A stretch of DNA of 64,000 nucleotides, taken from NCBI RefSeq assembly GCF_018350175.1, contig NC_058382.1, positions 57,042,001-57,106,000 on the forward strand, given 5' to 3'. Each line of letters opens with the position of its first letter. Within the stretch, counting starts at the first letter, position 1. Origin of the DNA: Felis catus (Eukaryota). A model generated the notes under the pieces. That model was not told the DNA's origin. It did not search any database and saw nothing but the letters and a program-made list of their open reading frames with translations. This document shows positions 13,150 through 25,676 of this stretch, piece by piece. Position numbers and translations under genes: made by a program.

Positions 13150-14500
13150 GGCTGGTGGGGGGAGGGGGGAGGAGTGGCGGGTCTCTGCTCGTGTCAGCAG
13201 ATCTCTTCAAGCCCAGACAGACAGCCGGGCTGCGTCTCCACGGCACCTAACATGCAGGGCCTCCGGTGCCCCGCCCAGACCCGACTGCGCCCGCCGCCGG
13301 CACCGCCCCTGCGCAGCAGAGGGCGGGCAGCCGAGGGGGTCGGGTGGCAGGCTGCCCGGCGCGCTGGGGAGAAGTCGGTGCAAGGGGCCTGGGGCCTGTC
13401 AGGTCCTGCCGGATGCAGCCCCACGAGCAAGGCGGGGCCCCTGTCTAGTCAGAGAGGCACCTCTGTCCCGGCCGCCCGTCCCGGGGCCCGCGTGCCGCAG
13501 GTGTGCAGGCAAGGGACCATCCTGCTGTCCTCCTGCTGCTGGAGACGGTGGCGGTGATCGCGACCAGCAGCCAGGAGCCAGCCAGGGTTCCGTTTGGTTC
13601 CGGCTCAGGGTGGTATCGAAGGAGACTAAGTAGGTCTCCTTTCCTCCAAACGGAAACCGCTCGCGCAGGCCCTGTGGAAGGAGCTGGGCGACGGGGAAGG
13701 GGGGGCCGCCGCGAGGGGGCCGCCCCTCCCCGTCCCATCCCTCGGTTTGAATGTGGCCGCGAGAGCTCCTGCCTCGGAGGGTGGTGGGAAATGCCGAGCA
13801 CCTGCCTGGCGTCCGGTTGGGAGGGGCGACGTCCTAGCTTTCATCCCGTTTGGCCCCACCTTCGGCCCTCCCCCCGGGGCGCCACTCCTGCTCCGGCCCC
13901 CCCCCCCCCCCCCGCCCTGGGCCCCACGCCAAGAGGGCTCTTCAGCTGCTTTGCAAGATCTTCACGGGGTCTGCCCGAAGTCCCGGGGGTTCCAGAGTCG
14001 CAGCCAGAGGGGGGCAGTCCCCGGCCCCACGAAGATGGGTCCTCTAAGCGCCGCTGGGCTCCGCCGCAGAGAGGGCGCCACCCTCACGGGGTCGTGGGGG
14101 CGCAAGCACCCGAGCAGGCCGTGCTAAGGGGACGGCGACGGCTCTGTCCTGGCCTCCGCCCTCCCTCCGTGACCTCCCCCGATCCCCAGACTTCTGACGT
14201 CGTCTCTGCCAGCAGCGGCCTCGCTTGACACCCCAGCCAAGACCCCTCGGGCCCCGCGCCTCGGCCTTCTGTGCCCAGCTGGAGAGGTCCACAGGCCCCT
14301 CAGGCCGCAAGACCGTACGTGGCCACCCCCACCCCCGTCTCCCCCCTTCTTCGGCTTCTCCCCGAAGCGAATGCCCCGCCTGCCACCGTCCCACACGTGG
14401 CCCCCATCAGGAAAACGTTCTTGACGCCTCCCTGTCCCTGCTCACCCCCAGGGAGTCGGGGGGGGGGGGGGAGCCGGGTAGCCTGCGTCCGCCTTGGTGG
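13150..14500. promoter_or_regulatory. Orphan CpG island upstream of OSGIN1
   Basis: Dense CpG, very high GC and GC boxes, with no recognisable coding exon. Confidence 0.55.
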
Positions 14501-16194
14501 GAATATCCACACCACAGGGACCGGCAGGCGCACACACCAGGGCCCTGCTCTCGGAGGGGTGAGTGGTTCACGCTGAGCCAGGCAAGAGGCTCACCTCCAG
14601 TGTCGGTCTGTCACCAAGTCCCGCTGACGCTGGCTCCAGAATGGGTGGAGATCCCATCCGTTCTGCCCCCACACGGCCGGTACCTTGGTCCAAGGCAGCT
14701 TCGGCTCTCACTGGACAGCCCCCACTCTGCCCGGGACCTCCGGGGGCTCCTCGCTGCAGCCGAGCTGGTCTCCCAGCCCCTCAGGGCCCCCCTCACCCTC
14801 CCGTCCCCAAACAAGGCAACCACCTCCCACCCTGGGGCCTCTCCTGGGAGCACGTGTGTCCTGCGCCCCCAGACCGCCCCACCCCGGTTCTCTGAGTGGC
14901 CAAGCACGCCTCGGCTGACACGCGACCTCTCCAGAGCGGCTGCCGTGACACCCATCGCCCCCACCCTCGAATGCCCTCCAAAGCCCCTTCGCGTTTCTCC
15001 CCTCCGACCCTGGGCCCTTGGGCACGGAAGCGTTTGTCGCCTTTTGCCTCGTCTGGTTCATGGCTGGGGTGGGGGGGGCTCCGATGGTTAACAGAGCACG
15101 CGTCTACGAAACGCAAGCCCCAGTGGCCCCGCTTAGTCCGAGCAGCGGGAGTGGAGACCGAGCGTGGAGAGGCTTGCCCAGAACCACAGGAAAGCAAGGC
15201 AGGGGCAGGGGCATGGCGGGCAGAGCAGGGCTCCCTGGGCGCCTGGAAGGAGGGCGAGGAGGCCCTTCCGGTCAGCTCCTGCAGGGGCCTGCCTGCATCT
15301 GAGGCCTGAGGGCAGTGGGAGCCCCTGGAGGTGGTCCAGCAGGGGAATGCCGCCTCTCATTTGCAGTTTGTGAGCTTGCAAGAGACTCTGCGGGCCTGTG
15401 GGGCCTCAGCGGGAAAGGACAGGGCTCCGGAATCCTGTCTCCCACTTGGGCCCTGGAGCCCCGAGGCCGTCTTCGTAGGACTTCCGTGCTGGGCACCAGT
15501 GCTGTTCTGCAGAGAAACGTGCAAAATGCTCTTGGAGCTGTTCTCCTGTCCTGTCCTGTCGCTGGGAAAGGTCCGATCACGTGACACTAAGTGAAATCCC
15601 GGAGGCCCTGACCCCACCTGCCCGAGAAGGCAAGGCCCCATAAAACCTGATAACGGTGGCAAACAAGGCTTTTTTTAGTAGCACGTGGGCCAAATGAAAC
15701 AAAGCGAGTGATGCCCACCCCCACCCCCCGCTCCCCGGGGCCAAGGGGCAAAAGCCACAGACGCCAGAGACAAAACAGCTCAGGAGCGCCAGCTCCGCTT
15801 CTGGCCTCTGGGTCCAGGACAATAAACCTGGGCCACTCGGGAAGGGCCCGGAAGCTTGTTGGAAGGGCTGGTCAGACGGCCCTGGCAGCCCGGAGTCTGG
15901 GGGGCTTCCTTCCGCTGCAAGCCTACCTCTCAGCATGCCAAGGGGCCTGGGGCTTGCAGGTCGATGGCAGGACCCTCAAGGGCAGGGACCAGGAGGTGGG
16001 GCCCCAGTTTTCCGACAGACGAGGCGCCAGCTAAACCTCCAGCCCTAGACTGCAGGTTACTTACGACTTACGAGCCTGTAGGGAGAGAGGCACTGCCCCC
16101 CCAAGGGCCTAGCGTGGGCTCATCCAGAGCAGTCAAGTCAAAGGACTGTGCAGGCGTAGGCAGAGCCTTTGATGGAATTTCTCGTCCTCTCCCT

Positions 16195-16348
16195 CAGCAG
16201 CGGATCAAAACCTGGAGGGAATCACCCAGAAGCCTCGTGAAAGTGCAGGTTGTGGGGCCAGGGCGGGGGCCTGAGCCTCTACGTTTCTGATAAGTTCCCA
16301 GGTGCTGCTGCTGCTGCTGGTCCGGGGACCACATTTCCAGAACCACTG
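16195..16348. mobile_element. MER5A hAT-Charlie MITE
   Basis: gaatcacccagaagcctcgtgaaa...gggcctgag...ttctgataagttccccaggtg...gctggtccggggaccacatttccagaaccactg. Confidence 0.7.
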
Positions 16349-16519
16349 GCCTCAAGGACGTTTGGGGGGAGTGGGGCTCTGGGCTGGGTGGCTGAAAACC
16401 GAGGAGGTCCATGTAAATGACCACCCAGAATGAGAACGTCCGCATGGTGATACACAGAGGGGAGGGGTGTCCGCCTCTCCCTGAGGACCCACAGCCTCCC
16501 TGAGGACCCATGAGCTACC

Positions 16520-16610
16520 TGGGGGACAGGTATTATCACCTCTGTACTACAGATGAGGAAACTGAGGCTCGGAGAAGTGAAGTAAGGAACCCAAAGACAC
16601 ATCGGAGCTG
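16520..16610. mobile_element. MIR fragment
   Basis: tattatcacctctgtactacagatgaggaaactgaggctcggagaagtgaagtaa core. Confidence 0.7.
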
Positions 16611-19149
16611 TTGCACAACCCATGGTCTCTGACTCCACAGACACTGTGTGCTCCCCTCTGCCGATGGGGGAGCCGTGTCTCCTGGAGGCAGGAAGGACCT
16701 CTACTGGTGTGCCACAGGGCTCTGTCTTCAACCTCGGCCAATTCCCAGTGGTCACCTAAGACTGAAATATACATCAGGCACGCCCGTCCGTGCGCCTATG
16801 ACATAAAGAGGGCTTTATTCACGTTCGGCAGTGTTTCCAGAGGCTATCTGGAAAGTCTGGAAGCAACGAGACTCAGTAATTCATTCAGTCACTGTTTACT
16901 GAGTTATCGGCGCCTTTGCGGGGGGACGTGGGGGGAGGGGGTCTCCTGGCTTATCGTAGCTGTTTCCCGCGGGGGGGGGGGTCCCCGGAATTCCGGGCTC
17001 ACGGTGTGGCGGTGCAGATGCCTGGGCGGTGGCCTAGAACCGAGTCGGGGAACGTGAGTCGCGTGCAATAAATGAGTAAGGGGACGTAGCGGTGCGTCCA
17101 GTGGTGGAGTCGGTGGTTCTTTGGGACTCCGGCAAGACCCCCACCGGGGTCACCAGCAGTCCTGGTGGTCTGGCTCCTCTGAAGCCGATTCCTCTTTTAG
17201 GCCTCATGACTCTCCCCGCAGCTGCGTGCGGAATGTGGTTGACAAAGGACCGGCCGCCAAGGTGGGAGGGGCTCCTCCCCCGGGGCCAGGGGCTTTCTGC
17301 TCCCTCGTCCCCTGCAGCTGCCAGGGCAGAGGCTCCCGGCCCCCCGCTGCACACGGGGACTCCCCGGAGCCAGCTGCACCCCAGCCCAGCGAGGTCAGAA
17401 TCTCTGGGACCGAGGCCTGGGCGTTAGTATAGCTTTAGGTTCTCGCCGGGCGCGTCCCATGCGCAGCGGGGCTCTACAGTTCTGCTCTGCCATCGGCCTC
17501 TCACGTGCAAGACGTGGAAGCTCAGAGGGGTTAAGTCACCTGCCCAAAGTCACCCAGCTGAACGTGATGGGGTCAGAGTCCCCATTTGTCTCACTCCTGG
17601 GCAGAACCCCCTGTCCACCCTGACTGTAGGGCAGGTACATTCACTCTCCTGCCATAACTTTCCCCCTGGCTTTTCAGGAGGAGGGGGAATCGGGAGGCAG
17701 AGAGTGTGGCCGCAGGCTGGGGCTGAGCCCCCCATCAGACTCTCCTCTGGGGGCCAACCCCACACTCCGCCTGTCCTTCCTGACCCCCCCCCAGCTCTCT
17801 CCGTGGGTGGGAAGAGGGCCCAGCCCCCCTCCCCCCCCACCGCAGCTTTGACCTCATCTCCCCAGGCATCTGTGGTGATTCCCTGGGTCGTGAACCCCCG
17901 CGGGCAGCTCCCACCGCTGTCCTGGGGCAGCCTGCGTGGCCCTGCCACCAGACAGGCAGATTTCATTCCGGGTCCCCTCTGCCACCCCGTTGGAAACAGT
18001 GGCCTTGGGCAAGTGCCCCTGGGTTTCTTCATCTGTAAACTAAACTTGTTGTTGAAAATATTTGCCCACCCCCTGGTTGTGGGGAGTCAGTGAGATAAGG
18101 TGGTGGCAAAGCTCTGTGAGTGGGGAAGGCAAATATTAGCTCTACTGTCATGTGCCGGAAGAGCCTGGTCCCATTGTGCCAGCTAGAAGAACCCGGTCAC
18201 AGTCCCACTCTAACCGCGCGCCGTGACTTGGGGTCGCATCTTAACATTCCCTGGGCCTCAGCTTCCTCACCTGTAGCATGGGAAGATAAGAGCGCCGTGC
18301 AGACTTTTCTCACTGGACTCGTGTACCGATTACATGCATCCGTCCCCGAAACGCCTTACAGTGTGGGCACCTCAGAAAGAGGGTGACTGTGGTGGTAGGT
18401 AGGTAGGCCCTTCGGGAGAGTTCCCGGGCCATGCCTCTGTGCTCCAGGCAGGAAGGAGACTTTGTCCCTTCCTTAGTTCATGGCCTTCCTTTTCCCCGGA
18501 AGGGTCCAGACTCTGCAGTCCCAGCCCCTGGCTCAAGCCCCAGTTCTGTCGCTCATGCTGTGTGCCCTCAGGCTCAAGACTGGCCTCTCTGAGCCTCAGC
18601 TGCGCGTAAGGCACTTTCTGTCCACGCCTGGAGGTGCCTGGCCAGTGGGAACCGCCACAGGGAAAAGGGAGGCGGAAGGGCCAGGAGCAGCCCCTGGGAA
18701 TAGTCCTAGGACTTTGTGGGGAGAGAGAAATCGCGGTTTTGACAGGGGATCCTTCCAATGTCAGGAACCCCAGGGGAGCGCCCCGAAGCTAGCCTGTCCT
18801 CACTTCCACTGGTTCCCCAGCACCCAAGCCCCTGCAGGGAGCTTGGGGGAGGCCCCGGGGGGCGGGGGGCTGCTGTGTCTGAGCTCCTTCCTACTGCTGG
18901 GCCCCTCCCTCTGCTGTCACCACCTTGCAAGGCCAGTGCCCAGATGGGAGAACTGAGGCTCAGAAGGGAAACGCCTCTCCCAAGTCACCCTGTCCGGCCG
19001 CTCGCTGCGCTGCGGACGCCCGATGGGTGTGATTTCTCAAGGACTGAGAGTGGAATGTCCCGGTTTGCATGACCAGCCAGCAGCAGGTGCCAATGTCCAG
19101 TAAAAGCCTAAAAAGGGCCACAGGCATGCATTTTCCAGATGCCACACTT

Positions 19150-19400
19150 TGTCTTATTTAACCCAAGATGTCTAAAATATTCTCATTTTACCATGTAATC
19201 CATATAAAAATGATTGAGACATTTTCCCTTCCTTTTTTTTTTTTTTATTGTACTATTCAAAACCTAGTGTCCTTTATGCTTAGGGCTAGATTTGCCAGAT
19301 AAAATAGAGGCTGAAATTAACTGAATTTCAGATAAACAATGAAAAAAAAAAATTGTTTCGTCTAAGTGCATCCTAAATATTGCATGGAATGTATTTACAT
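19150..19400. mobile_element. MER3 and MER33 hAT-Charlie fragments
   Basis: atttaacccaagatgtctaaaatatt...catgtaatccatataaaaa (MER3-like), then ttgccagataaaata...tgaatttcagataaacaatgaa...aaatattgcatgg (MER33-like). Confidence 0.65.
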
Positions 19401-20557
19401 GAAAAGCTTGCATCCTATCTGCCGTCCGGTTGCCTGAGGGCCTGTAGGCGCTCATATTCCAGATGCTGAAGGGGACGGGGCAGGTGCGGAGGGGTCGGAG
19501 CACCCCGTGGAGTCCCAAGAGACCCAGTCACCCAAAGTGAACCTCCACAGACCTGCCTTCCCTCTCCATGGTCCCCAACCACCGTCCCTTTGTCGCCCGT
19601 GACATTTATCTGTCTATGTCTTGGCCAAGCTTTTTGGAAGCAAGTCAACACATTCTGTTTCCCACAATCTCCTGGCAGATAAACAGGCGACGGGGAAGAA
19701 AGTCCACATCTCGCCCACAATTCTCTGTATCGGCAGATTTTCAAAATCCGGAAAAGGGATCAGGGCTAGCGGGGGCCACGAGGCAGGTCAGGAGGAAGGA
19801 CAGGCCAGACCCAGAGACGGGGGACCCGGGCGCCCACCTCCTTCCTGGGCTTTCCTTTCTGGACCCCGAACCTCATCCTCGCCCCACGTGGGCTGAGACG
19901 CTCCAAGTGGGAACCTCTGACCCGGGGTGTCTCTCTCTGCCTCAGTTTACACATCCAAACACACTGGAAGTTCCAGACCAGAGCCCTGGGATGGGGAGGT
20001 GGAGACGACGAGGCGGCCGGGCAAAGATACAGCCTGCAGCAGAGGTATGTCTGTGGAAGCCGCACTCCCCAGGCTGTCCCTGGGCTCCTGGTGCGTGGAC
20101 GGTGCCCGTTCAGAGTGTCGGGGAGCGTTGGAAACAAGGCCACGGCTGGAACGGCCACAGCCGTTGGAAACAGCCACCGCCCAGAGAGGGAGGCCACAGC
20201 CAAGGTCACACAGCACACCTACAAGGGGCTAGAAGCCACCCAGGGAGCCGCAGCCCAGAGCAGTGGGTTTCCCGCTGACCACCCCCCCCCCACCTGCTAT
20301 GTACCCTGTCATATAGGACCCCGCGGAGCACTGCTGCTCAGGGGCCCGGGACTGTGGGTGCCATTTTCCCGTGGGCAAAGCGAGGCTCCAGGGGGGCAGT
20401 GCCTTAGCAGAAATCACCCAGCCCGGGGGGGCTGCGCCCAAGCCCAGCACCCAGCAGGCCATACTTGGTGCAGCCCAGTCTGGCCCATCATGTGATCTGT
20501 GGGGCCCAGTGCAAATTGGGAGAATGAGGGACCCCTCATTCAAAAATTCACAAGGAC

Positions 20558-20595
20558 TTTATTTTTTATTATTACTTTTTCATGTTTTATTTATT

Positions 20596-20630
<35 letters not shown>

Positions 20631-20784
20631 GTACGAGCCAGGGAGGGGCAGAGAGAGAGGGAGACAGAATCCGTGAAGCAGCCTCCAGGCTCTGAGCTGT
20701 CAGCGGGGCTCGAACCCGTGAACCACGAGATCATCACCCGAGCTGAAGTCGGATGCTCAACCGACTGAGCCACCCAGGCGCCCC
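20558..20784 (-). mobile_element. CAN-SINE
   Basis: tttatttatttttgag, (GA)n, ending gagccacccaggcgcccc. Confidence 0.92.
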
Positions 20785-21574
20785 TAATAAGGATTTTAGA
20801 GTGGCGACGGCCGAGCTTTAAAGCAAGCCCAGGGCCCTTCTGAGAGTGGGGTCCCGGGCACAGGGCACATACCCAGGAGCCCCCAAGGAGGAGAGCGCAG
20901 GCCGGAGGCAGGGGCTCCCCTCAGGCGTAGCCTTGTGGGGCCGCCTTCCCAGCTCATGACCCCTAATCTCCTCCCTGAACCCAGGGTCTCCCTTCTCAGC
21001 CTGCTCTTCGCGCTGCCCCCCAAACCCTCCACCCACACCCAACCTCCAGCCCTCCCTGTGCCAGCTCGCCTCTCTGCCTCTCCCCCATCCTCTCCTCCCC
21101 CCACTCCATGGCTTCTGTCGGTCCGTCTGTCCCTGCCGGTCTCAGCGGGACTCTGTATCCTCAGAGGTTGTCTTTCCTTGGTGGGATACCACACTCTGTC
21201 CCCAGTAGAGCCTCACAATCTGACCTGGTCCCCTTCCTCCTCGTCCCCCCACCTCACCTCCCTGTGCATACCCTGTGCTGTGCGAACCCCAGCCCCAGCC
21301 CCTGTGGCCACCAGGACCAGGAGAGAGACATCACCTCGGGCACAAACTATAAGGGGCACCAACGCATTCCATGATCAAGACCCACGGGTCTTGTGTTCCT
21401 GCAGTATTTTTAAAAATCAAGAGTAACGCCAAAAATCCAAGATGGAGAAACATAGCAAGGTTTTAAATGAAGACAGCATCAGTATTCTGATTTTTGTATG
21501 GCTCGGCACGGTTACAGATCCTGTTTGGTTTTGAAATTGTAATCTTTTGTGTATCCTTCACTTTTGGCATTGTT

Positions 21575-21695
21575 TTTTGATTTTTTAGGTTTATTTATTT
21601 TTTTAAAGTAACCTTCACACACAATGCGGGTCTCGAACTCACGACCCCAAGATCAAGAGTCGCACGCTCCTCCGACTGGACCAGCCAGGCGCCCC
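21575..21695 (-). mobile_element. Short tRNA-derived CAN-SINE
   Basis: ctcgaactcacgaccccaagatcaagagtcgcacgctc...ccagccaggcgcccc with poly-T; lacks the CT tract. Confidence 0.8.
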
Positions 21696-22599
21696 TAGGT
21701 TTGATTTTTCCAAAAAACCTTGCCCTAAAATACTATTTTCTTCATCACTGAGTGTTCTCAGTGCACGCTTAAATTTTGCACGCAAGGCGAGTTCCCCCTT
21801 GCCTGCCACAGGCCTCCCCCACCCCCGGCCAGGAAAGGATGAGGGGGCGGCATTCACGTCAATAGTGCAGCTAATGTGCACTGAGGTCTGTGGGCCAAAT
21901 GCTGTCCCAACCCTCCCTCCCTCCCTCCCTCCTTCCTTCCTTTTGAGCGCCTACTGTGTGCAGAGCAGCATTCTAGATTCGGGATAAAGCAGACACGGAA
22001 ACACTCCCCTGCCCACGCAGGACCCACCTCCTGGTCTGGGGAGACAGACAATGAAATAATAGTAAGGGTCAGCAAAACGTGAGGCGTGCAGAGAAAGAAT
22101 AAGGAAGAAAGGGGGACTTGAACTAGGGAGCCAAGGGTGACCTCGCTTGCATACCACGCCCAGCCCAGGGGGGAAAGCCTGTTAGCCAGCCCCGTTTCTG
22201 GGATGAGGAAGCTGAGGCAGCTCGCCCAGGAAGTGGCAGAGCCCGGGGTCTCACCCTGGGCAGGCTGATGTCAGGAGGTTGGTCACTGAGTCGGGTGAGG
22301 CGGAGTGGAGAACAGCCGGGGGGGGGGGGGGGGGGGGCGCCACCAAGTGCAAGCAGGGTGTGTGGCTTTCTCCACTCCCAACACAAGGGCCACCTCCAAT
22401 TTTGGGAAGGCTGTCTTCCCTCCCTAAGAGAAAAGGCCAGGCTGGCTCGGTTGGGGGTCCCTTGGAGCCTCCGTTTACTGACTGAGCCCCAGGGGTGGGG
22501 GCCAGCCTGGCCACCCCCACCCCCACCCCAACCCCGGCCGGTGGGGGCCCTTTAAGGCCGGTCCTGGGTCTAGTGCAAGTTCATTCATCCAGGGGCCCC

Positions 22600-22610
22600 T
22601 GCTGACTCAC
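22600..22610 (-). promoter_or_regulatory. Antioxidant response element (NRF2/sMAF) with AP-1 core in the OSGIN1 promoter
   Basis: TGCTGACTCAC = GTGAGTCAGCA on the - strand, matching RTGASnnnGCA; next to GC boxes at ~22632-22653; OSGIN1 is an established NRF2 target. Confidence 0.75.
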
Positions 22611-22679
22611 GCTTATGAAAGTGATTTTCCTGGCCCCGCCCCGCCCGCCCGCCTCCTCCCAGCCCGTGAAATACCCTCG

Positions 22680-22817
22680 CCTCCCTGACTGCACAGCCTG
22701 CTCCGTCCGGTCCCCACGGGGCAAAGGCAGCCCGTTCCCCGGTGACTCTGTGGCCCCGGCCCTCCAGGCGCCCGCCAGGTCAGGCTCTCCGGGTTCCCTG
22801 CAACGCCTGCGGGTCAG
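22680..22817 (+). other. OSGIN1: OSGIN1 non-coding exon 1 (5' start approximate)
   Basis: Perfect CAG|GTGAGT donor at 22817/22818, downstream of the ARE and GC boxes in CpG-rich sequence. Confidence 0.65.
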
Positions 22818-25657
22818 GTGAGTGGCCTGAGGGCGGGAGATAGGGGCGCGGCTGGGCAGGGGGGCCGGCAGACCCCACTAAGAAGCTCTTCGGGCCGGGG
22901 CCGCCGCCGGGTTCCTCCTCCGCCCCTGCGGGCCATGACCATCTCCAGGTGCCTGGCACCCTCCGTCCCCGCCGCCTGCCATCGCTGGTCCACGTGATGC
23001 TGCTCTGGGCAGGAAAGAGGCGTGGTCAGCCCGGCGCGCTGCCCGGCGAGGCCCCTGGGTCCTGCAGCCAGGCTGCTGAGCTGGGTGCTTCTCCCGGCCT
23101 TCCGGGCCGCCCCGGGGGGTCCCCAGCACTTGGCGTCTGACAGAAGGTTGGGGTGCTGAGAACCAGGGGTCTGGGAGCCTCTGAACTCTTGGGGCTCAGG
23201 AGGGGGAGGCTCCAAAGGGAGGGGGTGTAGGGGGGTGTGCCCAGGCTGCCGGCAGGTGGCCCTTGTGTGTCGAGGGACCCCCCCTCGCCTTCACCCTGCC
23301 CCACAGCCTCGTGTCACTTTCTTGGTGGCAACTGTCCTCGTGCAGTCTTTTCCCCGGTTATCCACGGGCAGGCCTCACACTCGTCTCGGACATTTCCCCG
23401 GGCAAGACGGCGCCTCTGTGCCCCGGGGTGGGGGGCGTCATCAAAGTCAAATGAGCAAAGGGCCGCCCGGAGGTGCCCAATAAGTATAGCCGAACTGGTG
23501 CCTCAGTGTCTCCAAACAGTTTGAAGCCTTCCTCCCCCGGAAAGTGCCTGTGCTACAAACTTCAAAGAAACATCATTTACAGATGCCATTATTTCTATTC
23601 CTTTGATGCCGATTTGCTTCTGGGAGTTAGAGTCAGTCTTTCATGGGAGCTTTTTTGCTGTCCAGGCAGCGCGGGCCGGCGGGGGGGGGGGGGGGGGGGG
23701 GAAGGGGGGGGAGGCGGGCACTCAAAGAAAAAGTTAACATTAAAAAGGTGACCGTGCCAACGCCACAGCACTAAAAAGCATAACTGGGATGGGTGTGGTT
23801 TCGGGTCGTCTGCTGTCAGTAGGCAGTGTGTGCCTTCTTCCAAGGTCATGAGAGTTTTTGGCTGCTCAGGACCTTGGGACGCTGCACAGGAGTGTCCCCT
23901 GGGTCGTGACCTCACACGGGTGGCATCCAGAGGCCGCTGGGAGCTCTGGACTCGGATCCCAAGAGCCCTGGTGGTAACTGGGTCCCTCCACCTTCCGGGA
24001 AGCACAAGAAGAGGGCAAACTAGGGCTCGGGGAGTGCCCCTCTTCACTGGGAGTGGGGACGCTCAAGGGGCAAGAGAGGGGACGGGCATGCCCAGGGCGG
24101 GCTCGGGTCCCTGGGAGCAGGTTGCGTGCTCGTTTTGGGGGGCTGTGGAGAGTCTAGGTGAACCCAAACCACGGGTGCCAAACCCTCGTTCTATCACCCA
24201 CTGGCTCTGTGGCCTCAGGGGCATGGCCTCACTTCCCTGAGCCTCAGTTTTCACATCAGTGAAGTGGGTTTGCATGAGAATGAAAGTTGCTAAGGCACAG
24301 CTTTCAGCAAGGACATCACCTGGGTCCCTGTTGTTCCTGGGGACAGTCATGAGGAGGGGTGGGGCCCTGGGGCTGTTTGGCAGTTCCGGGAGAAAGTGTT
24401 CTGGGAACTATAATCCTGTCCTCCAGGACCACCAGGCTCACCCAGTGCCCAGCGGTTAGTGAGAAACTGCTCCCTGCCAGCTGGGAACGTGGACCCGTGG
24501 CCTCCCTCCCCACCAGCATGGGGACAGGGCAGAAGGATGAGCCCGGCTGGGAATGGCCCCCGTCACACTCCACTCTGGAGAAGGGCTCGCTGGCCTCAGC
24601 TTGCCTATCTGTAATATGGGAGCGAGCCTAAGAGTACGTACGACAGTGCATGCTGCTAATTAAATAAGAATCAAATTAATGTGGATAAAGTGTTTAGAAC
24701 ATGCTTGCTACCTAGCCAGCTCCATAGAAGTCCAGAAGTGTTAGCCTTTTGTGTCGTTCTTGTTAGTGGTGGGGGGGCCACCCCCAAGTCCTCTCCCCTG
24801 GGCCCAGCAGCGGCATGGAAGGCTGTTTTCAGGGGGCCCGAGAGCACCGAGGAGGGAGTCCCTGACGTGCCCCCTGACGTGCCCCTTCCCGCCGTGTGAC
24901 TCCGGAGACGTCCTTTAACCTCGAGCCTCCCTTTTCCTGCCAGGTGGAGGTGACACGGCTCACCTCTCAGGGCCTGCCTGGGGGTGGGGGCTGCTGTTTC
25001 TGTCACTGTGCACGCATCAGACGTCGTATCCTGGCTCCGTCACATTTCGTCGGCTATTCACGGTTTTTTGGACGAGGGGGAATTAGTCACCCACTTTTCC
25101 AAATCAGAGAATGCACGTAGAAATCCAGATTTCCGCCTTCTCCGGGAGAATTCTGATGGCAGTGACCCTGGGCCCCCCCTTCCTGGGGCCATATGACCAC
25201 CCACTCACTTTGTACGTGTGTGTGTGACCCTGTGACAAGCCCCGGGTCTCCCTGGGGCTGGCTGGGGTCACGCATGGTGCACCCGGGCAAAGCCTGGCAC
25301 CAGTTAGCCCTGGGTTTAAGAGGCAGCTTTGTGGCACTGAGCGACCTGTGCGTCCCCTCTGGGCTCCAGTTTACGCATCTGTGAAATGGGATCATAACTG
25401 ACAGAGCTTTCTGCGTGGGGCCGTATGAGCAGAACACGGGAAGGAGCTAGGTCGGTGCTAACGGCCACCCGTTCCTGACGCACTCGTGTGGGTGCTGCCT
25501 TGGGGCCCTCAGGACGGCAGGGTGTGGACAGTGGGCGAGCCCGGGGGCCCCGGTTAGCTGGGTTTGGGGGACGTGGAGGGAGAAGGTGAGTCTGGAGCCT
25601 CTTCTGCACCTGCGGCCTCAAGAACGGGTCTGCGTCGCTGCGAGTGATGCGGGCCCG

Positions 25658-25676
25658 CGGCCAGCAGGGGGCGCTG
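25658..25676 (+). promoter_or_regulatory. CTCF motif in OSGIN1 intron 1
   Basis: CGGCCAGCAGGGGGCGCTG fully matches the CCASYAGRKGGCRS core. Confidence 0.65.

Noticed and set aside
21575..21695. tRNA-like sequence (also 48811-48915)
   Set aside because: tRNA-derived SINE head with poly-A tail, not a tRNA gene
24697..24718. p53 half-site GAACATGCTT in OSGIN1 intron 1
   Set aside because: Second half-site is poor and the region is MIR-like; insufficient support
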